Shown one piece after another: positions 13,520-27,700 of a stretch of 64,000 nt of DNA. How positions within the stretch are numbered: the first letter of the stretch is position 1; each line of letters opens with the position of its first letter. The notes below the pieces were generated by a model. That model made no database searches. It saw only the letters and a program-made list of their open reading frames with translations, and had not been told where the DNA came from. The translations under genes were made by a program, and so were the position numbers. Origin of the DNA: Antedon mediterranea (Eukaryota > Animalia > Echinodermata); contig NC_092676.1 in the NCBI RefSeq assembly GCF_964355755.1, forward strand, positions 19,796,871-19,860,870, given 5' to 3'.

Positions 13520-14760
13520 CTTAGAAATAAACGAACAACTTAGTTTTGAATCTTTTAAAATGTATAAATTATGCATTTAGGCCTATACGTTAAGGCAATT
13601 AAATGTTCAGTGCCTTACGGGAGTTTTATAAACACATTTATTAATGCATTCGATAAACTTATGATGTTTTTATTATTAAGGAACACTAAATTGATCTAAC
13701 CCGTTTACGACAAGTTAAGAGGCTTGAGTTAATCTGACTCAGTAAATGTAATATACTTACTACAGCCGTACAACTCAAAATAATCATTTTTGTTATAGCA
13801 CATTATATAATTTTATAAGACTAGAAACATTGTTTTGTTGTATGCAAATGTGGGGTTGGATTATTATTGGCACAGCCCTTGTATATCCGTTCTCAAAATA
13901 TCTACAGCTCTCTATGTAAGTCGGATGGTCGGTCGGTCGCTAACTTGAGCACTGGACTGCAGCCATACATATGACCTTGTTGTTTGTTTGTATGATAACA
14001 TCCAGGCCGTTACACAACGTATTTTTAGATCTACAGTATTCATTCCATTGTGTTTTATATAAAACGGTAAATAGCACAGCTATATTGTCTGAATACAGCG
14101 AATTAGAATATGAACAATAAGTAGGAGTTTATATAGGTCACCTCGGCTTAGACATTATATCAATCTTTATTCATAACAACAATACATTTGTAAAATAATA
14201 ACCAGGTCAAAAGGTCGACATGCATGTTTTGTTATCTAGTCAATTGTTAAAAGACTATGAGGCCTTATACTGAAATAGCTGTAAAGCTCTGTCTACACTA
14301 TCAAACTTTATGTGACAAAAAAGTGTGATGTGCCCATATGCGTTTACTTAATAAAATGAAACAAGACTGCAGATACAGGTTCGTTTTGATGATTATTGCG
14401 GCTCTAAGGTTGGCTATAATGAAAGTCCCCCTGATCTATTTCATGTTTGTTTGTAATTTATGATTTCGGATCAAATAAAAAGGTTTGACTCCTTATAACT
14501 ATTGCTTTTTATACTATTATATTGTTTTCCAACTCAGACTCTTTATCCAAACCAGATTGTTTTTTATTGTATTTCACCCAGAATAATAGCGACAAATCCC
14601 TCACAATTCCCGTAAATACCTAATAAGTAATCGAACATTATATTTGATCAATCGATGGTGCCATATCACTGTGAAAATATTCAAACAACGAGTGTGTATG
14701 AAGTCAAAATAGATGTATATATATATAATATATATATATATATACATTGCACTTGCACTT

Positions 14761-14797
14761 GCACTGATGAAGGGCTAGTATTGCCTGAAAGCTCTGC
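14761..14797 (+). ncRNA. Minimal type I hammerhead ribozyme motif of Penelope-like-element type
   Basis: GCA-CTGATGA-AGG(gctagtattg)CCT-GAA-AGCT-C-TGC: stem I GCA/TGC, CUGAUGA core, stem II AGG/CCT, GAAA, palindromic AGCT helix III, predicted cleavage after C14794. It lies in a ~170-bp module (14745-14922) bounded by (TA)n. Confidence 0.6.
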
Positions 14798-14942
14798 TAA
14801 CTTTTCTGGCTGTTTACTTTATCGTTTTGATTTAGCTTTTCGCTTTTTTTTTGTATCTCCATTGAGATCCAGCCACTGATACCCACAGCATTGTCATTTT
14901 TTCAGTAATTTGCCTTTGGATTTATATATATATATATATATA

Positions 14943-15060
14943 TGGGGCGACTTTTTCTCATTCTCACAGATTTCCTCATCTTTATCGTTTCAAATTAATT
15001 AATTAAATTTCAGTATATCACCGAGTGGTTTCGAATTAATGTTCATTGCCTAATGTGTTT
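14943..15060 (+). mobile_element. 5'-truncated copy of the tRNA-carrying (TA)n-inserted element
   Basis: Near-identical to the reverse complement of 30451-30568, including the last bases of the tRNA (TGGGGCGAC). Flanked by (TA)n on both sides. Confidence 0.8.
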
Positions 15061-16134
15061 ATATATATATATTTAATTCTATTCAAGTACATTTTGGTTA
15101 TATTTAGTATAAAGATATAATTTAGAAACAGTGTTACAATTCTACTCGAATCTCTAGTTAAGCCGATTTTCCACTAGGCAAATATATTCGCTCGAATCGA
15201 AAGCGCCAGCTTACGCATGTATAGATAGGGATTTGGAAGGTGTAAACATGAGTCCGAGCCTAGTACATAGTGCAAAATCGGCTGTATACAACACCGTTTG
15301 GTTTAAACAGTATATTTTCAACTCCCTGGTTTTAGGATGCACCGTGGAATCAATCTCTACATGCATTTCACTGCCTTTCTTTATCTTTATGGATATTACT
15401 ACTGAGGAGGTGAAAATGACTCGTAAAGGTCAACGGATTAATAAGAATATAGTACAGTATATCAGTTAATATTCCAAGACTGTTAACACTCGTACTATAA
15501 GATGCGACATGGAATCCTTCAGTAAATTTATCAATCTCTTTTAGTCATTATAACAAATTGGGGTGCAAAGACCTTTAAAGGGCAAATAGGGATTATAATA
15601 GTAAAACAAAAAGCCCTGTTCTAAATGTAAAAGATAGTACCGAAGTAGAAGTTGCGCCATAATATATAAGCTTTCTCTTTCGTTATTATGACTACTAAAT
15701 AGTATAAACATAGTAAAATAAAATGTATAAACAGTACCTATTGATTACTCGCTCGTACCAAAAGCATTGTGTTCATATCGATTTTATTCTAATTATGAAA
15801 TAGAAAGTACACAATGCCTTAGATTGTTTGTAACATGAATAAAACAATATTGGTCTAAAGGTGACACCATCAATTTTCATAATCATATGTTGTATTTCAA
15901 TAGAAAGATCATATTATTAATGATTGCATGTTAATGTTGAATAAAACATACAAATACAATTCTTGATGTATTTTAATACATTTTCGTTTATTAACAACAG
16001 GGAAAATGGATGCTGCACTGTCTCGTGAGTCAAGCATTGTAATTCATCCGTCTATTTGGTGTTTTTTTATGAGCACCGTTTCTGCTGCCATGAATATACC
16101 GCGTATGATAATGTATTTAAACAATACCTATATA

Positions 16135-16647
16135 CACGTGTATCGTAAATCGTCTAATAAACCTACACTCTAATAGTAACCCAGCTTCTAATAGTAACCA
16201 ACCTTATAAGTCAATATATAATAATAACCCACTATTCTAATAGTAAACCCATGGGTGTTATAGAGTCACAAAAACTATTGACAAAACGACACTAAAATTA
16301 TTCCCTAAAATAGGCATTTTTCACAATGTAATTATTATTATTATTATGAAGACTGGTCGTTTATGATGCAGCCGTATTTTTAAAATAAAGAGAATGTATG
16401 TTGATCTCGGGAGTGGGGGAATATTAGGTTTTTTTTAGTTCATAAAATAAAGTTAGAGTTCAACCAATTTTTTTTATTCGTACTGTTTTATTATTTTGCT
16501 ATGAGTTGCTGACCGGAAAAGTTGGGGGTGGGTTACTATTTTCATGTGCCAAATTTAAGATTATTAATAGTAACTCACTACACTAATAATAACCCACCCT
16601 AAAAACAATCAAAGAATAGTACGGTAATAATTAGAAGATGTACGGTA
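16135..16647. mobile_element. Tc1/mariner(pogo)-like MITE with AATAGTAACCC subterminal repeats
   Basis: Ends TTAGAAGATGTACGG|TA. Internal TGATGCA-CCGTATTTT...GTTGATCTCGGGAGTGGGGGAA is shared with 35255-35505, which ends TTAGAATATTTACGG|TA. Confidence 0.55.
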
Positions 16648-18329
16648 TTATACATATGTACACGGTTATTTGACAACAGAAACAGGCCAGTCTTGATTGG
16701 TTTGAAAAAAACTTAGCGCTTCCTAGCAATGTTAGGATAGGCCTACACATTGTTTTTTTGCCTACTCGTGATCGTTCGACCAAGAAATGTGAGATACGGT
16801 AGGCCTACAGTCTTTTAGCACAAATCTCCCATTATTAATATTGTTAATTATTATTTATCCGTTAATTAGTATGCGGAAAGTATTAATCTTAGTACAGGAT
16901 AAGTGAGTGCAGACACTGGTTGTTTTACACAAGAGAAGTAACTAGCATATAACTCACCATATAATACTTCACCTAACGGCATTGCAAATGTTCTACCTGT
17001 ATGAATAATATTATACTAGCTTTGATAAAGCTAAAGCATTTTATACTTGAAGTCACAATTATAGAGACAAAATACTTGTGGACAGAGGCAATACGCCAAT
17101 TCAATACGATGCTCGCATAGACTGTGTTGATAATGAATTACCTCAGCTTGAAAATTATTTTCGTCATGGATTAGTATCGTATTTATCAGTCCAAAGGTAC
17201 ACAACAGAGGGCGTATCAGTTATCTATGTATCAGACGTTTTATTCGTGATCAGACCCTAATTCAAATATATGGCTCTGTTATATATAACTTTAGATAATT
17301 TAGTTCTATTATAAAAGAAGAGAAGAAAAGGGGTTATAGGTGGTAGAGTGTGGATTGAGGTTACCTCAGAACCAGTAACTGTACCAGTGTGTACCTTTCT
17401 CAATGTTTATACTTTTAAGGGCGGATCGAAGGGGTAGTGTTAGATCATATCACTTTATTTTTATTCGTCTAGAATGTAATTAAGCGCATAGATACATTTA
17501 GTTTATTGTGTCAACTCAGTAGGCCTACATCAATTATATATAAATCACCGAAGGGTCTATCTACACCACACACATCTGTTTCACTTCCCGCTGCAGAAAT
17601 TCTGCACGCTTCTGTTTGGATTAGAACTATCATGATATGAAAGTACAGTGTGAACACAGGTATAGAGATAATGTGGCTCAAACATTGTTTCATTTTAATA
17701 TATTTTTAATCCATTTCTAGAATGTAACTGAATTAGTTATTTTTTAAACGGAGTGCATGGGGTTGTTCTATTTTAACAATTATTCATGTGAGCACAAAAT
17801 TAGTATTAGCATCAAACACATAGCTCTGTTTTACGACATAGTAAAAGAGGTAGTGTCATGAAAACGATGTCGCCATTAGCGTCAAACACAATGAATACAC
17901 ATGACAGAAAAAGCTGCACGATGAAAATTATTATGCGTCTTTAGATGCATAATTATTTGTTCAGAAAAAATTAGTGATCATCATTGCCTGCATAATAATT
18001 GAAGTAGGTCTATCATCAGAAGAAAATAATGCGAAGCCATTACAACACAAGCACAAGATTCGATTCATTACTCGCTAATTTTCTATTAGTTTTTTAAAAC
18101 AATATATCTTGCAATGCTAATGTGACAGAAGCCGTTTTAATTGTAGTCATATATTCAATGTTATTGGCACACTTTCGTTTTCTTCGTCTTCATCATCATT
18201 AACCAAAAACATGTTTTATTCTTGCGATTTGCAACTTAGGCCTACCATTATCCGTCATGTTTTCGTATTAGCCTACTTATATTTATATTACTACCTCTAT
18301 TACCTTAATACCGTCATTTTATCATCAGC

Positions 18330-19368
18330 CACATCACAATCATCATCATAATCTTCATCACCATCATCCTTGTCATCATCATCATCGCCATCAACATTGT
18401 CATCATCATCATCGCCATCACCATTGTTATCATCATCATCGCCATCATCATTGTCATCATCATCATCGCCATCATCATTGTTATCATCATCATCGCCATC
18501 ATCATTGTTATCATCATCATCGCCATCATCATTGTTATCATCATCATCGCCATCACCATTGTTATCATCATCATCGCCATCATCATTGTTATCATCATCA
18601 TCGCCATCACCATTGTTATCATCATCATCGCCATCATCATTGTCATCATCATCATTGCCATCATCATTGTTATCATCATCATCGCCATCATCATTGTTAT
18701 CATCATCATCGCCATCATCATTGTCATCATCATCATCGCCATCACCATTGTCATCATCATCATCATCGCCATCATCATTGTTATCATCATCATCGCCATC
18801 ATCATTGTTATCATCATCATCGCCATCATCATTGTTATCATCATCATCGCCATCATCATTGTTATCATCATCATCGCCATCATCATTGTTATCATCATCA
18901 TCGCCATCATCATTGCTATCATCATCATCGCCATCATCATTGTTATCATCATCATCGCCATCATCATTGTCATCATCATTATCGTCATCATCTTCATCAT
19001 CATCATCGCCATCATCATGTCATCATCATTATCGGCATCATCATCATATTCATCTTTATCATCGCCATCATCATTGTCATTATCATCATCTTCATCATCA
19101 TCATTATTATCATCATCGCCATCATCATTGTCATTATCATCATCTTCATCATCATCATTATTATCATCATCGCCATCATCATTGTCATTATCGTCAACGC
19201 CAACATTATTGTCATCATTATTATCGTTATCATCATCATCATCGCCATCATCATTGTCATTATCATCATCTTCATCATTATCATCATCATCATCGCCATC
19301 ATCATTGTCATCATCGTCAACGCCATCATCATTGTCATCATCATTATCGTTATCATCATCATCATCAA
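18330..19368. repeat. ATC-derived minisatellite, 27-bp unit TTATCATCATCATCGCCATCATCATTG, with longer compound units distally
   Basis: About 22 near-perfect 27-bp units over ~18375-18975, then mixed ATC/ATT blocks. It generates the spurious poly-Met, poly-Ser and poly-His ORFs. Confidence 0.95.
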
Positions 19369-19800
19369 CAAGTTGTAGAACTTATCTACTATCTAAAGGA
19401 TAATTATGACGTCATGCTAGTACAAATGAGCATTCAATAATATGTAGACTTTGATTTTGTAAATGGTTTTTATTATTATAGTGCTATTCAGTATTTATAA
19501 TAATATTTCTGGGTAAGACAAAAGTAATCAGAGATGAGAAGAGAGTTACGTAGAAACATCAAACTATGATATCGATACAAACCATTGATGACGTTGACAA
19601 TTGTACAATTGAGAATGATTAACAAATAATAATCAAAGAAGACATTCGAGATCGAGACAGATCGTACAATATTATTGATTGAGATAAAATTGCAATCTTC
19701 TATCATAAAGAACAATGTCAAAGTCATGATATTTAAGCCTGTGCAAAGTAGGCGATTGTCGAAACTTTATGCATGCCTAAAGTTTCGATAGGCAAATTCC

Positions 19801-19909
19801 GTAATACAGCATCTCATGTGTATCACATGTAGTGCCTAGTATCACGTAATGCTAGGTTATGGTCTATACTAGGCAATACATGTAAAACACATATGATGCT
19901 GTATCACGA
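19801..19909. mobile_element. Hairpin MITE (GTAATACAGCATCTCATGTG...CACATATGATGCTGTATCAC)
   Basis: Imperfect ~45-bp inverted arms; a related copy lies at ~55985-56075. Confidence 0.5.
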
Positions 19910-22900
19910 TATGATGCTGGACACACAAAAATCCTTTTAAAAACGAGCAATGGGTTTCTTTTTAGGTGTATCCACATACGAAATTAATCTCATAACAAGA
20001 TAGATAGATCCATATCCACTTTTAACAAATGACAGTTGGAAGGGAGTGTGTGACACGCCACATAATCAGTATATCAACATACTCGTGTTTTTTTTTTATT
20101 TGGGCGTGTTCAATTAATTCCCATTTTCATGAGCAACGTTTTAATTATTATCAGTAATGCGATATGGCAGTGTGCAAACTACAAAGATAGCAAGAAGCCC
20201 AGGCGTCTTCGCCATAGTAACGGTGTGACGTTGTACACTGACAATCTAATAATTATGTAATATAATATTTGTGCATACATTATACGCACTTATGTCCACA
20301 ATTATCAGAATAAAAATGTACGCTGCGTAATGAATAATTATGATTATGCATTCGGGAATTGTAATCATGGAGAAATCAATAAATAAAACAAGATGGAAGA
20401 GTAAATGCACGTTTTAAATTGTTGCAGCATTTTTTTTATTATTTTAATCTACCAAGCAAAATGAATTTCCATTTTTATGGACAAATAAAATTTCTTGAAT
20501 CTTGAATCTTGAATCTTGAATTGATTAACTTTAATACAGAATAGTATTGTCAATTTTTAAAACAAACGGGAGAATATTATATAAAAAAATGATTGTGAGA
20601 ATTGAAAAAACAGTAGGCACCTAAGTTAGCAAATGTTAACATTTTTTAAGGAAATAACCATCTTTTGACAGTTCGTTGGAATGAAAATTGTTTTTTTTAG
20701 CGAAAATTAAGAAAATAATTTGAGTTTATATGGCCTACAATATCATGTCATCGATTATACAACCATTAGTTCATTGTATATGTTGTTCTTAATCATCCAC
20801 AATATACAATATCAGGAAAGGGTAAAGATTACTCACAACTTCCCTACGAATTGGTACTAACTCCTTATCAGCATTTTTGAAATTCGGGGCTAAATTAAAT
20901 TTGATTGTTTCTGGTACTGACCAGTCGCATTGGAAAAATTCGGTTTCTGACTCATGACTGTGAGAGGCTCAATCTTTTAACATGGTAGGACAAATCTTGC
21001 ATGGATTTTCTCAATGAGGTGTAAACTCAACTTCGGGGTCAGTATTCCCACAACCCCCCTCCCGCCGAGGTTTGATGAATGGGTGAAAGTTGATAACTTC
21101 ACATTTGTTATTAGTTTTTAGACAACTTTCCCGGGAATTGTAAGGAAGCGGCTGTGCAATTATTTAAAAAATAAAAATGTTTGATTTACAATGAAGATAC
21201 AAGCTTATTTCTCCATACAAAAAAATGCAACTAATAGTTCTAAAAAATATATATATATTATACTTTAATACTTATTTCTTTATCGTAGAATTATACTATT
21301 CATAAGTGAGGGAATAATGGTTTTGTTTACTATTAATTATGAGCATACCTAGGAGTGGGATGACCCATGAAGAGACAAAATGCGCGTTGAAACCTCAATA
21401 CCGGTACTGAATAGCCGGTGCCCTATAAACAACAAAACAGGCCACTATGCCTAAAATATCATCAATAGTTCAATTGTGATGCCTCGGGCTTATTCGGTTC
21501 GTTGCCTACAATGCTTCGATGACTGTATTATTTCAATCTTTGCAATGTATCAAATCCGTATTTATTTCAGTTACCTTACACTTATCTTATATGGTAGCTA
21601 AATTACCTGAATATTATTTTCAGTGGCGACATGAGATCTGTACATGTGAACGATTACTAGCACCTGCTCTGTATTGATTTCTTTGAATTTAAAACTCAAA
21701 TTCGTGATTTTAATGTATCGAATGTATAAAATAAACCATTAGAATTGTCTTGTTGGATTACTTTCCAGTGAGCATTCGCATATGAAGAACCGAATATAAA
21801 GTTGAGTAGAGATTATGTATCTTAAATTTTGATCGCCACATCAATTGCAGAGGAGAAACAAGCATAATGCGAATGCTCACATAAAATTTGACGTTGGGAT
21901 AGCTCATCGCTTACGTTACTTTAAGTAATCACAGCATAGGATTAGTTTGTATGTATGGGAGTGTAGGGAGGTTTTGATTTCCGACGATCCTATAGTCAAA
22001 TCAATGTTCGGCATCATCTGGATGGGAGCGCAAAACAGGTTCCAGTATCATTCCTCGCATGCGCAAAGTGGATTAACATTACGTACTTCGATCGTCAGTC
22101 ATGGCAATCGAAAGCCTCCTTAGATTTTGATGTATCCCCCCCCCCCCCCTCTTCTGTATCAAATATACCACACGGTACCATGTCTATAGCAAAGCATTTC
22201 GCAAATTTTATTGAAAATAATATAATGGTTGGTAGTCTACTCTGAGAGCATAGCTCACTCTTTTTATTTTGCTTTTTTGATACCTACACCCAATGCAAAC
22301 ATAATGTATGCTTTGCAAGACCACAAATTACACACTGAAAGACATTTTAACATGATTTGCATTAAAAACAAATTATTGTATTCTTAACGAGACGTAGTTT
22401 AATTATCATTTAATTTTGGTCATCTAAATAGCTCTAGGAAATTATATACGATATCAACATTTCGTTTCTATGACTATAATTCATTTTCAGAACACTCCAA
22501 TCTATCACTGTGTATACTGGAAAGTGTCGTTTACGTGCTTAGCTTGTTAAATTATATTAGGCTCAGTGCAGGAGTTACCAATCAGGGGATCATTTTAAAA
22601 GGGTAATATTCGAAGGTGTGCAGCTGCCTCTTTCCCATAAGATCGTCTGCATTTTGATTAAGCGCCCACAAGACGCTTGGAACGTTCCTAATTTGAGAAG
22701 CATAGCCAATTGTAATAAGATAATGCAATAGTTAGGCAGCCATAATGCGTGGTTCTCACTAGAGACGCAACGCAAGGATGTAACGCAAGTGATGGGTTAT
22801 TCGAACTGTCGCTTGTCATTGGTCAACTCGCTTGCGTTGCGTCTACGTCATTGCGTTGCGTCCTAGTGGGAACCAAGCTTTACCGAATCGTCTTGTCATT

Positions 22901-24229
22901 TTCAATACATCATCACATAGTTATCTTCAAAATAATCATTATCTGTAATCATTCTATAAATCATCATCGTCGTCGATGGTCAGTGACACCCTAAAAATCC
23001 ATAAACAGACAATTTTACGCACTTGTTTAAAAACGCGTTAAACATGGTTTGTGTGACGCGCTAGCAATGGTGTCTTTTGTGCGTCACTGACAATATAAAA
23101 TGTGTGGTTGAAATGAAACGACAGGAGTATAGGAAACCATCGGTTTTAGTACAATTTATTACGTTTAAGTCCCGGTTGAAGCAGGTTAATATGCTTATCG
23201 AAAAACGTATATCACACAACACAAATGCCTTACTCAAATCCTATATATGCCTATATGAATTAGATTGTACATGAATATCTGTATATAAATTCTTTACGTT
23301 AAACCATTTACGAATACGTATTGGTAATGACTAATGGTTAGTGGTTGCTTGGAGTACTGAATTCATATAGAATTTATATACAGATAGTTAATATAAAAAC
23401 TTTTTTTTTCTGATTTATTGGATTCAAGACAGGACCACAATGCAAAGTACATTTTCTTTTACCTGATTGTGTAATCCTGTATAAAGATGTTGTTAAATAG
23501 ATAAAATAAAAACCAGATGAAAACATTTTGTGAAATAAATGTAGGCCTATTAATTAACCACAATTAAATTAATACAATATTTTATCAGGGCTCATGTGTT
23601 ATTTTCAGCCAGTTTCTTCTTGTTTTTTTTTATCATCATACAGTACTAATTTTGCGTTGTTCTTTTACATTCAAATACACATATGTTAACTTTATTTTAA
23701 TTGTCCTTACATATTTTTCGCAACTTAATTTCATATAGGCCTGTAGTATAGTTCAATCTCATAACTGTGTAAAAAAACCTATGCAAATGAGTGGTGACTA
23801 TACATTAATGTTCAGTAAGGTTTGAAAAGCTGATAAACTAAAGAAACTGACCACAAACTCTGTGCCTTAACCATAAAATATGCCATTTTCTTAACGCACA
23901 AATGGCTTCAGGAAAGACTTGGCTTCTTTCTTCTAATTATTTTAATACCTTTCATTAGTCAAAATTACGAACAATGAATACTAATTCCGATATCAATTAA
24001 CAATATCGAAAAGCTTAGGCCTATTTCTTAATATCATTTATTCACGTTAAAATATTTTTTTTAAATATAATATTATAAGCATATCTGATAAAAATATATT
24101 TTTTTAAAAAACAAGACGTCATGTCGACCTATTATAACGCATCGAAAAATCTGTTTTTGTGAATACAGTAGGCCTACTACAATAATGCATTTTGTTTGAC
24201 CGAGTATAAATCCAGCTTAAGCTCCTTCA

Positions 24230-24784
24230 CTACTTGAATCCAACTAGGACGCAACGCAAGGACGTAATCGCAACGTAATAAATAACCACAAGCGACGGAA
24301 TCCAAGTATCATGCGAACGTAGCTTAAAACAAAGCTTGGTTCCCATTATGATACAACGCAAGGACGTAAGCGCAACGTAAAGCGTGGTTCCCACTAGCGA
24401 CGCAACACAAGGACGTAACGCAACGCAAGTGAATTGACCAATCACAAGCGATGGCCTATTTGCTTGTGATTGCTAACTGTCTATAACTTCGCTTGTCATT
24501 GGTTAAAACGCTTGAGTTGCGTTTACGTCCTTGCGTTACGTTCTAGTGGGAACCAAGCTTAAGTGATTTGACCAATCACAAGCGACGGAATCCGAGGCTC
24601 AATGTGAACGTAGCTTAAATTAAAGTTTGCTTCCCACTAGGACGCACCGAAAAGACGTAAGCGCAATGTGAGTGACCAATCACAAGCGATGGATTATTCG
24701 AACTGGCGTTTGTAATTAGTCAACTCAATTGCGAATGCGTTGCGCGTACTTCCTTGCGTTGCATTTCTAGTGGGAACCAAGCTT
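24230..24784. mobile_element. Cluster of nested or tandem AGCTTGGTTCCCACTAG MITE units
   Basis: At least four left termini and two right termini of the same family as 11829-12148. Confidence 0.7.
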
Positions 24785-27700
24785 AGTGATCGTAGGTGGA
24801 TAAAGCATATATCTGGTGTGAACTGTCAAAGAGGCTTATAAAAAGATAAGGCACTTCATGGATATGTTTTTCATAGTATATTCTATGTTTACATTATATT
24901 GTTTTGTGTCTATATAGATTGCAGTACCTGTGTTCACACATCACGCACTACCTGGAACTGTAGGCCTACTTCCGTATATGCCTATAAATTAAAGAACCGT
25001 ATAATACTTTCCTTTGTGTTGCAATGCTTAGAGGAAATACATTATATAACATTGTACATAAGGTTAGATTGGTCATCATAATTCCATCCTTTGGCAATAA
25101 TTATGTATTAGAATTAGTATAGAAATTAATCCTTTAAAAAACCTTCAGCACATTAGATATTACATTTCTACAGTTTAAAATGAACAATCTATATACCATT
25201 TGCTAATTTTTCTCCGAACCATCGTTTTCAATTATGTCTCAAATTAACATGAAAAATGTTAATAAAACGAAAAACCTTTTCGTCAAAATATTCGATGAAA
25301 GAAAATGCATAATGCATGTTTTCATGTATAGAATACCAAGTAGGCTACCTTAGATCAATAATAATATTATGCGTTATTTTGCAGCTGATCTGCTGTGTTA
25401 CCTCACACCACTTACCGTTAGTTTCCACGAACTGATCCATTATTTGATGATGCACACGCGCAGTAAGGCCTTACCAACAGAGGCTAAGATATTCCGCCAT
25501 GAGAAAACACTTCAACTACAATAGCTAGAGACTTGTTCTAATAATCATTTACACATTTTAGAAATATATACAGTAATGTTTCAGACATACACTTAGCGTT
25601 CAGCAGCTTTGTCTCAACTGGAAATTTCTAGATCAACCAACATGGTTATATTCATTGAACTGAATGCTAGATGGCGTACTTTCGCTCGATAACTTTGCAG
25701 TTATCTATCGAAGATTTTCACCTGCCCGAGAAGCATTTAGCGCGTTACAATAGCAACGAATCGTTCCATAGATTATAATTATAGATGCTATATTACGTTC
25801 GGTTGAATGAGGCGACTATTACCTTTGCTTGTTTCTCTATAGTTTTAATGAACTTCCACGTAAAAAATGTTTAGATGTCACACCAATAAAAGTCTTTTTA
25901 ATCGTTTTTTATATCGCCTCATTTCCCAAGATTATTTAAATGCACAATTCACTAGAATGAAAAACCAAAAATCATGTGCCAATCACACAAGGTTGTTGTA
26001 CGTCTGTATGTTTTAGGCCTAAAGCTCACATTAAGGCCCTTGCCATAAAAGCTACTTTGAATTGGTGTTTTGCATGCAGGACGCGCGCATTCATCAAACA
26101 TGCCTACGATGATCAATATTACTACCAAACAAGATTACATAAGAATTTCCAATCTCTAAAAAGATCATAATATAAATTGATTTCTATGTTTACTAATTAT
26201 AATGATTACACAGGAACTATTTCCAATTTAACTTTCCTTTATATCATTTTGGGAGATCAGGAAATTCTAAATAGTGTCTACATGTCCAAAAATAAAATGA
26301 TTAGCGGTAAACAAAATGAATTTCTATTCTATTGGATCATTAATTTGTACATCTCTCGAGATTTAATTTCACCATGGAATAACCTGTCTGTCTCGTAAAT
26401 ATGTCTTAACGTTTTAATGATTTTCAGGAAAAATTATTTTTCGATTTGCCTGATGCACAAGCTCCAGATAATGGTCTCTTTACAGCCAGCATCATAAACC
26501 GACCTGCTTCAGTCTTTTCAGCTGTTAAAAAGAAAATACAATTTAGAGTACCACGTGATCAAGTCCAACTTTAGTAGAATTGCGACAATTTGTGTAGAAG
26601 CGCTAAAATATAATGTATACGTCACTACAGAATTAATTTTACAATGTGTGTAATAAATCATAAAAGTATGCATATCTACGACTCATTTAATTTGTCGCGT
26701 CGTAGTCAAATATGCGCATGCCTAGAGTTATTATGCTACTACTGCGCATGCCTAGAGTTATGATGGCGATACGAGTTGATGGAAGAACATGGCATGACAT
26801 GCCTCGATTAGCTATAACAGAAGTATTCGTATTTATGTGTGCTGAGTTCAACGCTAATTAAATCAAGATAACATGTGCCTCTTCTATCTCTATCACTATT
26901 TAAAATCTCCCTATAATTATCCAACACATCTCCATTGTTCAGTTTCATTATCAAGTGTACTAGGCCACTGGTTCAGTTAATTTGAACATAGTGGCCTACA
27001 TCTATCTTATAAATAACAGAAATCTATAGAGCTTGCTTTATTTTCGTTCATTTTAACCAATTAACTGGTATTAATAGTTTTAAGATCAAAACAGATTACG
27101 ACGATCCATCAAGTCTATTAGTGCATGTTTTAAGTCAGAAATTACTGGTCTGTATCGAGCGTTGATTCCTGCAATTGTTTTAAAGTTTATGAACGAAAAT
27201 AACATGTATGACCATCTCATAATTTAGCAAAGTACTTGAGTTGTTTATACATTATCTTGCAACTTCTCCACGTGCATTAAAAAAACCTAAAGCATACTAT
27301 TTTTCTGTATTAAACAGGTAGTTTGTTTTATTCTTTATTTATTTATTTGTCTTTATTTATTGTTTGTCGGTCCCTGTGAGACAAGTTTTAAACTTCTAGA
27401 AGGGATTCATGATATTAATGACTACCAATTACTGCTTTTTTCTATTTTGTATATGTTCATTCATTATTATCTGAATAAATGTTATCTGAATCTGAATCTG
27501 TTTAGGCCCTATTTATTATTATTATTTTATTTATGATTTTTACTTTTTTAATTAATTATCTATCTTCAATCCATTCTTTTATATTTTTTGACTTTCCCAA
27601 CACAGGTCTGGATTTTGCCATAATTTACTAAACTATTTACTCCATTTATTTTCATTGTTTACGGATCAGAGTTTGCATCAGCGTTACGAATGAAAAAATG

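Noticed and set aside
13750-17400. Candidate ATG exons for the SLC22 gene (donors near 13760, 15737 and 17141)
   Set aside because: None gives an open phase-1 junction to the exon starting at 13519.
18314-19440. Poly-Met, poly-Ser and His-rich ORFs (234, 356, 118 and 128 aa)
   Set aside because: By-products of an ATC minisatellite open in several frames on both strands; no splice or other coding evidence.
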